15,019 nucleotides of DNA, from the NCBI GenBank assembly GCA_040260805.1, contig JBDQPD010000085.1:1-15019 (forward strand). Reading direction: 5' to 3'. The stretch comes from Myxococcota bacterium. Lineage in GTDB: Bacteria > Myxococcota > UBA4151. Position 1 is the stretch's first letter. Each line of letters begins with the position of its first letter. The notes beneath the pieces are model-generated. The model saw nothing but the letters and a program-made list of their open reading frames with translations. It had not been told where the DNA came from and searched no databases. A program made the position numbers and the translations under genes. Below are positions 1-7,074 of the stretch, in pieces.

Positions 1-627
1 CAACACGGCGCAGTCGAGGCGACGTGCGGTGTCGATCCAAGCCGCTAGGTCATCACCTTGGATGGTTCGCCCGGTCGGGTTGCAAGGGTTTGAGAGCAGC
101 AAGGCGCCGAGTCCACGCCCCTCAATTTCACGGGCGAGCTCATCCGCCGAGAAGGCGTAGCCTCGATCCCGCTCGAGCAGGATGGGGATCGGATTAAAGC
201 GTCTAAACGTATCGAGCAGCTCTTCGTAGGCCGTGTAATCCGGTAAGAAATGACCGAGGTTGATTCGCCCCAGCGCCGTGCAGGCTCGCGTCAACGCGGC
301 TCGACCGCCTGGGCAGATCGCAACATTATCAGCGGTGTACTTGCTCGCTTTGCCGTCTCGAAAACGGATATTGTAGAGGTGAGCGACCGCTTCTCTAAGC
401 TCCCACAAACCAGCGACCGGTGCGTACTCTTGATCATCAGGGTGAATACTGACCGCTTCGGCGCGCGGCGGCGCGCCCTCGAGCGAACCCGTCTCGGGTT
501 GCCCCTGCCCTAGATTGCACCAATCGGAGTGCCCTCGATGAAAGCCACGCGCGGCGGCCTCGGTGTTGACGTAGATCACGCCCGTTCGGGGAACGGGGCG
601 AAAAGCGCTGATCGTCGGACTTTCCAT
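1..627 (-). CDS. PLP-dependent aminotransferase, class I/II (partial; the 3' part runs off the left edge)
   Basis: Not in the ORF track; translated by hand. ATG at 627 with an in-frame TGA just upstream (639-637), open to base 1: MESPTISAFRPVPRTGVIYVNTEAAARGFHRGHSDWCNLGQGQPETG...EYAPVAGLWELREAVAHLY...NVAICPGGRAAL...HFLPDYTAYEELL...LLLSNPCNPTGRTI. The motifs NLGQGxPE, YxPxxGxxxLRxAVA and NPxNPTG are typical of fold-type I class I/II aminotransferases. Confidence 0.93.
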   Translation of the reverse strand, partial: MESPTISAFRPVPRTGVIYVNTEAAARGFHRGHSDWCNLGQGQPETGSLEGAPPRAEAVSIHPDDQEYAPVAGLWELREAVAHLYNIRFRDGKASKYTADNVAICPGGRAALTRACTALGRINLGHFLPDYTAYEELLDTFRRFNPIPILLERDRGYAFSADELAREIEGRGLGALLLSNPCNPTGRTIQGDDLAAWIDTARRLDCAVL

Positions 628-693
628 AGGACCTATTCACAAGCAAAGTGTGGCTGCGCTTTAGCGCCGAGTTCACGAGGAGAAAAGAGGGTG

Positions 694-1650
694 ATGAAAC
701 CGATCCTTTATCTGACGCGCCCCTTAGCCATCGATGCGCAAGATTATCTAGGCGAAGACGCGCTCGTACGGGTCAATCCCGACGATCGCCCGCTGACACA
801 AACTGAGCTCATCGAGGCTGCTCAAGGCGCTCAAGGGCTCATCTCCATGCTGCATGACCCGATCGATGTGAAGCTGCTCGATGCGCTGCCTGAGCTCAAA
901 GTGATCGCCAACGTGGCGGTCGGCTACAACAACATCGATGTCCAAGCCTGCGCCGAGCGCAACATCACGGTGTGCAATACGCCAGGCGTGCTCACAAACG
1001 CCACCGCCGACATTGCCTGGACGCTTATTTTGGCGTGCACGCGCCGCGTTCGAGAAGGCGAGCGCATGGTTCGAGCCGGTCAGTTTGATGGCTGGGGTCC
1101 CAACATGCTCTTGGGACCAAGCCTACAAGGCAAGACCTTGGGCATCTATGGCATGGGCCGAATCGGACAAGCCGTCGCTCGTCGCGCCATCGCCTTTGGC
1201 ATGGACGTGATCTATCATAACCGCAGAGCCGCTCAGATCGATTTTAGCGCCCAGCTCGTCAGTAAAGAAGACTTACTCAAACGCAGCGATATTTTGAGCC
1301 TGCACGCGCCGCTCACGCCGCAGACCCAAGGCGCCTTTGGTCGCAGTGAGCTCGAACAGATGAAACCCAGCGCCGTGCTCATCAATACTGCGCGTGGACC
1401 GATGGTTGACGAAGCCGCATTGGTCCGTGCGTTAGATGAAGGAACCATTTGGGGCGCGGGCTTGGACGTCTATGAGCTCGAGCCAGTGGTTCACGCCGGG
1501 TTGATCGACCGCGACGATGTGGTGCTTTTACCGCATTTAGGAAGTGCAACTACCGAATGCCGTCAGCAGATGGCGCGTATGGCCTTTAGCGACGCTTTAG
1601 CCGTCATCCAAGGTGACGAGCCTAAGCACGAGGTTATGGTGCAGGTCTGA
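694..1650 (+). CDS. D-isomer-specific 2-hydroxyacid dehydrogenase (glyoxylate/hydroxypyruvate reductase, GyaR/GhrB-like)
   Basis: Motifs AVGYNNID, NTPGVLT, Rossmann GIYGMGRIG, INTARG (catalytic Arg), DVYELEP (Glu) and LPHLGSAT (His). Start moved from 529 to ATG 694 (GTG 691 is an alternative), downstream of GAGGAG/AGAGG at 677-690. The longer start would overlap the aminotransferase. Confidence 0.93.
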   Translation: MKPILYLTRPLAIDAQDYLGEDALVRVNPDDRPLTQTELIEAAQGAQGLISMLHDPIDVKLLDALPELKVIANVAVGYNNIDVQACAERNITVCNTPGVLTNATADIAWTLILACTRRVREGERMVRAGQFDGWGPNMLLGPSLQGKTLGIYGMGRIGQAVARRAIAFGMDVIYHNRRAAQIDFSAQLVSKEDLLKRSDILSLHAPLTPQTQGAFGRSELEQMKPSAVLINTARGPMVDEAALVRALDEGTIWGAGLDVYELEPVVHAGLIDRDDVVLLPHLGSATTECRQQMARMAFSDALAVIQGDEPKHEVMVQV

Positions 1651-4600
1651 GCGCTTCGCAAACGGAAACCTGCCCGAAGCTTCTGCAAACACCTTGGCAA
1701 GGTTCACCATCTTGAGCCGAACATTGAATCCCGGTGGTGTACCGCACAGGAATCGGACCCGGAGGAGGTTCACCGTCCCAACGTGCATGGAAATCAACCT
1801 GATCGCCACGCTCTGGCTCAAAGACGACGACGCACGCGTTCAAACTACTGAGTTCCTCATCTTTCCCAAGGTGCTCCTCGCGGTCTTCGCCATCCTCCGT
1901 CCAGCGCCTAATCACCATGCAATCAATCCACGTATGTTCAGCCTGAAAGTTCACTGAATCGGCGACGAAAACCATGGGTCCTTCCTCAGCAGCAAATGGG
2001 TAGTCGAAGCCTTGTATAATGTGGTCGGTGTGCCCATGGTGACAGCCTAGAAAAGATGTGTCTTGTAGATGCCAGTAGTTAGCCAGCAAACGGTCGCGCG
2101 TCGTTTGCAACTGGGGTTCGGTGCAGCGACAATCGACGCAACCGTCGTCAAGCTCGTTCGGGTCAGGGTCAACACAGCCTTCCCAGGGCTGAAGTTCGCT
2201 CTCTCCACTACCAGTGCAGGAATCAGTGATGGTCTGATCCTGTACGAATTGACCCTCAAGGAAGACATGGGTCGGCGGACGCCACATGATGTTGGATGCA
2301 TCATTGCTTTGAATCCTCAACGTGTACTCTTGACCGGCTTGGATTTCATACCATCCGGCACACAGATTCTCATCGAGACTAAATCGCTCAGCGATGTCCA
2401 CCGGCTGCATCTGGTCACCCTCAAGCATGAATCTGCAGCGAATGTCCTGACGCGAGAAGCCTTCCAACCCCAAAAGACCGGAACTGGGGGTTACGATGCT
2501 CAGGTCGCGATATGAGCCACCTTCCAGCATGAACCCCTCGCTGAAGCCTCGCATATTTTGAAGCTCAATTTGAATTGAACCACCGGCGTCATCGGTCAAC
2601 CCTGAACTCGGCAATCGGCAAGTCCCAAAATCGCGATCAAGCAGACAAAGGCCATTCAGGCATGGCAGATGATCATCACAATCTTCGTTGCTATCGCAGG
2701 CGTGGCCGCAAACACCGAACTGACACACCTCCCAGCCTTCAGAACCCTCCGTTTCGCAGTCCAAATCATTGGCGCAAACGGGACCATAAAGACCACGATT
2801 GAGTTGCGTTTGTGAGCAAACAGCGCCGGAATCGCAACGATTAGGCCACCCACACAAGATGTCTTGCCGGCAACGACCGCCACCGCAGTTTTGCGTCATC
2901 GGGCAGTCCCACTCATATCGGCAGGGCTTGAGTTGGCAGACCTTCAGTGAATCTGGATTCGAGGTGACCATAGGTAGGCAGAGCGATTCGGGGCAATCCG
3001 CATCGGTTTGACATGAGGTCGGCACCGTACGCCCGCCCACGTCAAACTCTTGACCCTCAGCCACTTGAGCCATGCAAAATCCACTTTGACCGTCGTTACT
3101 GCCACATTCAAATCCGCTTCCACAGTCCCGATCGACGATGCACGGACGCAAGCAAAGCCCAGCCAGTTCATCAAGGTTGTCTTCTCGGCCCGGCGCCACT
3201 CGAGCGGTACCCTCAGGGCAACAGTCGTCGCTGTCACAGACCATGCACTGCGCCTGCGCCACGGGACTCAGTCCATCGTGAACAGCGGCGCAAGCAGCTC
3301 CCCTCCACATACAGGCCGAGTCGCAGCGATCAGTAAAGCTAATCAGATTGAAGGGATGGGTCAGATCTAAGGGGTAGAGTTGTGCGGGTGCCTGCGCATC
3401 GTCTGGTGTGTAGCCACAGACCTCAGCGCCAGTACAGCGCGCAGGTCCAGTATCAACCACTTGATGGTGGTCGCATGCAGCGACCGAATCGGCTTCATCA
3501 TCCGCATTCGCCCGGCATTCCTCCCACAAACAAGAGGTGAGTTGCGCTTGCGTAAAATCCGAGCCTGCTGCGCAGTACGTATTTTGCGTCGATTGTCCGT
3601 TAAAGCCGTTCAAATGCGGGCAAGCATTCGACTGTGCGTTGGTCGGTTGGTCGGCGCTATCATCCACCGCAACGCCTTCACACGCCGATGGATAACAAAT
3701 CACGTCATCACGACCAGGGATCTGCGTTTGGTACCCGGTGAGGTGCCACCCGTCTGGTGACTCGCCGGCATCACAGAATCCATGCCAACGCTTGGCGACC
3801 ATCGAGCTACATAAAAGACCCTCTTCGGAGCAATGGCCTTCGCCAGGAATACAGGACTTTAGAAAACCATGTAATCGATTGGGCTCACTGGTCACACAGC
3901 GATGCCAAGCCGGTCGAATGTCACAGGTGCTCGACTCATCTTCGCAGTCAGTGTCCCTAGCGCATGGCGAGCGGGTATCGAAGTCGTCATCGCCGCTGCG
4001 ACAAACACCTAGGGGCGCTGGCACCGTGTTTGGCGCACCTTGCGCCGGCAAGCAGGCGTTGACGTATTGTCCACCAGGCACTGGCACGCGTACGCAATGG
4101 TCTGTCGAGTCCGGATCCAGCGCGTCAAAGCACCCAGAGTCGCATCGCTTGAGCGCGCACTCTATGCAGTACTCATTCGGTGCCTCACCAGCATCGCATT
4201 CCTCGCCTAGCTGGATCACGCCATCACCGCACCGCCCGACTTGGCAGGTGTTCGTACACCCGTCATCGTTGACCGAGTTCCCGTCGTCGCAAACCTCGTA
4301 GTTTGGGTTCACGCAGCGCTCGTTGGTGCACAGTTCACCCTCGCCGCAGACACCACCATTGGCACAAGGCGCAAAGGAGCTCGGGCTCTCGTCGTCATTG
4401 GTTCGAAGAATGCCATCGCCGCAGCGCGCCTGCAGGCATCCGTTGGTGCAGTCATCGGTATCCACGGTGTTTCCGTCATCGCAGCTTTCAAAGCCCTCAT
4501 CTGCCTCAGCGAGATCAGCGCGGACCTCACCATCGCCGCACCGTGCAACGATGCAGTTTTCTAAGCAGGCTCCCGCGTTGCTGTTGGCGTCGCCATCATC

Positions 4601-4864
4601 GCAGGACTCAAAGTCATCCTCGTTTGAGCCGAGGTCCGTTCGGGTATGGCCATCATCGCAGCGTGCAAGTTTACAGGTGTCGGTGCACGCATCGGTAGCC
4701 ACGATGTTTCCATCATCACATTCCTCGCCAGAGTTAATAATTCCATTACCGCAGCGTTGCTGCGCCGGATCGGCTTGAGGATCGATCGGATTGTTGCGCA
4801 CTGTGTCCAGCCCAGCGGGCATGCCGCAGGCGGTCATCAACACGAAGACAGCGAATCTTCTCAT
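1634..4864 (-). CDS. Large (1076 aa) cysteine-rich acidic lipoprotein with DUF4215/Myxococcus cysteine-rich repeats
   Basis: ATG 4864 overlaps the upstream TGA (ATGA at 4861-4864) and gives a lipoprotein signal MRRFAVFVLMTA-C. Five CGD/NG...ExCDDGN...DxCxxxC repeats follow, then many CxxDxDC-type modules and Cys-poor globular segments near the C-terminus. Confidence 0.85.
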   Translation of the reverse strand: MRRFAVFVLMTACGMPAGLDTVRNNPIDPQADPAQQRCGNGIINSGEECDDGNIVATDACTDTCKLARCDDGHTRTDLGSNEDDFESCDDGDANSNAGACLENCIVARCGDGEVRADLAEADEGFESCDDGNTVDTDDCTNGCLQARCGDGILRTNDDESPSSFAPCANGGVCGEGELCTNERCVNPNYEVCDDGNSVNDDGCTNTCQVGRCGDGVIQLGEECDAGEAPNEYCIECALKRCDSGCFDALDPDSTDHCVRVPVPGGQYVNACLPAQGAPNTVPAPLGVCRSGDDDFDTRSPCARDTDCEDESSTCDIRPAWHRCVTSEPNRLHGFLKSCIPGEGHCSEEGLLCSSMVAKRWHGFCDAGESPDGWHLTGYQTQIPGRDDVICYPSACEGVAVDDSADQPTNAQSNACPHLNGFNGQSTQNTYCAAGSDFTQAQLTSCLWEECRANADDEADSVAACDHHQVVDTGPARCTGAEVCGYTPDDAQAPAQLYPLDLTHPFNLISFTDRCDSACMWRGAACAAVHDGLSPVAQAQCMVCDSDDCCPEGTARVAPGREDNLDELAGLCLRPCIVDRDCGSGFECGSNDGQSGFCMAQVAEGQEFDVGGRTVPTSCQTDADCPESLCLPMVTSNPDSLKVCQLKPCRYEWDCPMTQNCGGGRCRQDILCGWPNRCDSGAVCSQTQLNRGLYGPVCANDLDCETEGSEGWEVCQFGVCGHACDSNEDCDDHLPCLNGLCLLDRDFGTCRLPSSGLTDDAGGSIQIELQNMRGFSEGFMLEGGSYRDLSIVTPSSGLLGLEGFSRQDIRCRFMLEGDQMQPVDIAERFSLDENLCAGWYEIQAGQEYTLRIQSNDASNIMWRPPTHVFLEGQFVQDQTITDSCTGSGESELQPWEGCVDPDPNELDDGCVDCRCTEPQLQTTRDRLLANYWHLQDTSFLGCHHGHTDHIIQGFDYPFAAEEGPMVFVADSVNFQAEHTWIDCMVIRRWTEDGEDREEHLGKDEELSSLNACVVVFEPERGDQVDFHARWDGEPPPGPIPVRYTTGIQCSAQDGEPCQGVCRSFGQVSVCEALRPAP
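4157..4753 (-). repeat. Five tandem protein-level DUF4215-type cysteine-rich repeats
   Basis: CGNGIINSGEECDDGNIVATDACTDTC / CDDG...ESCDDGDANSNAGACLENC / CGDG...ESCDDGNTVDTDDCTNGC / CGDG...EVCDDGNSVNDDGCTNTC / CGDGVIQLGEECDAGEAPNEYCIEC. Confidence 0.88.
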
Positions 4865-6102
4865 CGACTCAGCAACCCCCAAAGCAAGGCGCCACCACCA
4901 ACCGAAACCAGGCTAGGCACGACAATGTTCATGGTTTGCCGTTGCTGCACCAACGCATCAAAATCATCCCACTCACGCGCCACCTGAGATAAAGTGGCCG
5001 TATCATAGCGTTCTCGCTGGGTGCGCAGCGCGTCATCGGTTGGGCTAATCATGACGCCCAGCCCCGACCCAACGAGCAGCGCAACGCCGACCCATACCAA
5101 AGGTTTTTGGTACGGCGCTCTGGCTTGACTCGCTTGCTTTTCACGAGCGTACGCTTCTTGAGCTGCGGTCACTTGAAACTCGTTGTTCTTAAGCGCTTTT
5201 CCGCCCTGACCATAGGCGCCTGTCAGCAGCTCTTCGATCAACGACGGCAGCTTGGCGAGCAGCATCATGTCGGTCTCAAAAATGCGGCTGACGCGGTGCT
5301 TAACCTGGGCTTCATCGACATACAAAATCGACAAATTAACCACCCGCTGGCTGGCAAAACGCCCCAAGCTCATCGTCATGAGATAGGGCACACCCAGCGC
5401 ACCACCAAGCTCAGCTAGGCAGGACGTGTCATCACAGCCCAGCGCGCTTTTCTGCTGCTCTAAATCCATCATGGCGCGCAAATCAGCGCCGCCAACGATC
5501 GACTTGAAACGGCTCGACTGCTGCATCAACCCCATGATGTTGCCTTGCACCAACGCGATCTCCTGCTTGGTGAACCCGCCTTGGTTCGCCAAGTCCATCA
5601 CCGCGAGCTCCATGGCGGGGCCTGAGGGCTCAGGCTCCTTCGCCTCCGCCTTGGCTGTCGTCTGCTTAAGCATCTCAAGCATTTCATCCATCATGCTTTG
5701 AGTGGCTGCATCAACGCCCGACCACGGACCGGTCCATGTCCTGAGCATTTTCGAGCGCTCGAGTCCGATCACAGTGATCTTAGCTCGCCGGCCTTTGCCT
5801 CGGATCTGAACATACAGACCATGGGATCGGTTCATCTGATCGAGCAAGCCGGCGAGGCAGCTACCCCGGCCCTTGCAGGCGATCACCGAAGCGCCAAGCT
5901 TAGCGTTTTCAGCGCCCGCCTCGGTCGTGGTCATCACGTTTGGCTTGGCGCCATAACGTTCGTTGAGTTGCCCTTCCATACGCCCAGCGCTTCGCCAGTC
6001 GGCTCGCTTACCGGTCGCCACCACAGGGAGCAGCAGAACCTGATCGACCGCCAGGGCTTGCGGCGCCCATAAAACCAACCCGATCAAGACGCAGCGAATC
6101 AC
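4861..6102 (-). CDS. Secreted/membrane protein with two putative CsgG/TolB-N-like alpha/beta domains and a C-terminal hydrophobic hairpin
   Basis: GTG start with GGAGG at 6107-6111 and signal peptide MIRCVLIGLVLWAPQALA. Central domain LAVMDL...GCDDTSCLAELGGALGVPYLMTMSLGRF...VNLSIL. Two C-terminal Gly-rich hydrophobic segments (LVWVGVALLVGSGLGVMI; IVVPSLVSVGGGALLWGLL). The fold assignment is from pattern recognition only. Confidence 0.6.
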   Translation of the reverse strand: MIRCVLIGLVLWAPQALAVDQVLLLPVVATGKRADWRSAGRMEGQLNERYGAKPNVMTTTEAGAENAKLGASVIACKGRGSCLAGLLDQMNRSHGLYVQIRGKGRRAKITVIGLERSKMLRTWTGPWSGVDAATQSMMDEMLEMLKQTTAKAEAKEPEPSGPAMELAVMDLANQGGFTKQEIALVQGNIMGLMQQSSRFKSIVGGADLRAMMDLEQQKSALGCDDTSCLAELGGALGVPYLMTMSLGRFASQRVVNLSILYVDEAQVKHRVSRIFETDMMLLAKLPSLIEELLTGAYGQGGKALKNNEFQVTAAQEAYAREKQASQARAPYQKPLVWVGVALLVGSGLGVMISPTDDALRTQRERYDTATLSQVAREWDDFDALVQQRQTMNIVVPSLVSVGGGALLWGLLSR

Positions 6103-6106
6103 TCAA

Positions 6107-6111
6107 CCTCC
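6107..6111 (-). promoter_or_regulatory. Shine-Dalgarno site for the 4861..6102 gene
   Basis: Minus strand reads CCGGAGGTTGA-GTG. Confidence 0.6.
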
Positions 6112-6168
6112 GGTGCCGTAACCTGCGCCGCTCCAAGCTGAGCGTCAACCAAACCAGCTGCGATTAAA

Positions 6169-7074
6169 CTAAGCCTCCCCTAGGGGGAGATCTGTGATGG
6201 GTTCGAGTTCGTCAGCCATCAAACGCAACGCTTCTTCTTCAAACCGGTACGCGTGGTTGCAATAATGACACACTATTTCGGCATGCCCTGGGTCTAAAGC
6301 CATCGACCTGAGCTCCTCGGATCCCAAGCTGATAAGCACACGGGCGACGGCTTCCGTACTGCACGAACAGGCAAAGCGCAGATCCTGCATCAGCATGGTC
6401 TCGTGGCGATAATTACCGGTCAGCTCGTTGAGTAGATCGACCATTTCGCCCTCAAAGGGCGTCTCTGAGAGCTTGCGGACGCGGCGGGCGACGTCATCAA
6501 AAGCATAAGGGTCGGCGTCAGGCAGCGCCATGACCATCGCGCCGGTCGCCGAGGTCACCTCAAGGGGCACGCCGTCATCGCCTCCCTGGAGAAACACGCC
6601 AAGGCCGACGGCGCAGCGTTCACCATCACTCGTGCCGATCAGCGCTTCGATGTCGCGATCGATGCCACCGGTGACCAGCTCGACTTGACCCGTCGACAAG
6701 CCGCTCTCGGTTTGACGCACCAGCTGAGCCGCCCCCCGACTGCCCAAGGCAGCATGCGCTAAACGTTGCACATCATCGATCGGAAACTGGATCTGGGGCA
6801 CGTGCACATAGCCGCGCACCGAGCCGTCGGGCTGCGCATCAGCGACGACCCCGCCGATGGGTCCTTTTGACTTGAACTGTAAAGTAATTCGATGGGCACT
6901 TTTTGCGTCCCAAGCGAGCAACGACGCGCCGAGTAAGGCGCGACCAAGGGGCAGCGTTGAGCCTGCGGTTAACTGGTGCCGCTCAATCGCCTCGGCCACT
7001 ACCGATCGTCCCTCAGCCACAAACAACCGAAGACCAGGGTCGGGTAACAAGACGCGATAAAGCGATCCGCTCAC
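6169..7074 (-). CDS. hslO: Hsp33 family redox-regulated molecular chaperone
   Basis: N-terminal H.L...LGRALLGA, ITLQFKSKGPIGGVVADA...GSVRGY, GQVELVTG. C-terminal zinc-binding CxC (FACSCS) and CxxC (VCHYCNHAYRF). GTG start overlaps the upstream stop (7071-7074). Confidence 0.95.
   Translation of the reverse strand: MSGSLYRVLLPDPGLRLFVAEGRSVVAEAIERHQLTAGSTLPLGRALLGASLLAWDAKSAHRITLQFKSKGPIGGVVADAQPDGSVRGYVHVPQIQFPIDDVQRLAHAALGSRGAAQLVRQTESGLSTGQVELVTGGIDRDIEALIGTSDGERCAVGLGVFLQGGDDGVPLEVTSATGAMVMALPDADPYAFDDVARRVRKLSETPFEGEMVDLLNELTGNYRHETMLMQDLRFACSCSTEAVARVLISLGSEELRSMALDPGHAEIVCHYCNHAYRFEEEALRLMADELEPITDLPLGEA

Noticed and set aside
529..693. 55-aa N-terminal extension of the 2-hydroxyacid dehydrogenase in the ORF track
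   Set aside because: It overlaps the opposite-strand aminotransferase start. Family similarity begins at MKPILYLTR, which has its own RBS.
4157..4753. CRISPR-like or DNA tandem-repeat array
   Set aside because: The recurrence is at protein level with diverged codons and variable spacing inside an open frame, with no identical direct repeats.
4865..4882. Upstream start for the Cys-rich protein (and likewise 8054 for the hypothetical protein)
   Set aside because: The downstream ATGs at 4864 and 8036 give ATGA coupling and clean signal peptides.
6103..6168. Sigma70-like -35 hexamer TTGACG on the minus strand (also seen in 14336-14410)
   Set aside because: No convincing -10 hexamer at a 16-18 bp spacing in either region.
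6175..6189. Small hairpin CTCCCC-TAG-GGGGAG at the end of hslO
   Set aside because: A 6-bp stem with a 3-nt loop inside the coding sequence and only a weak T-run after it is not enough to call a terminator.
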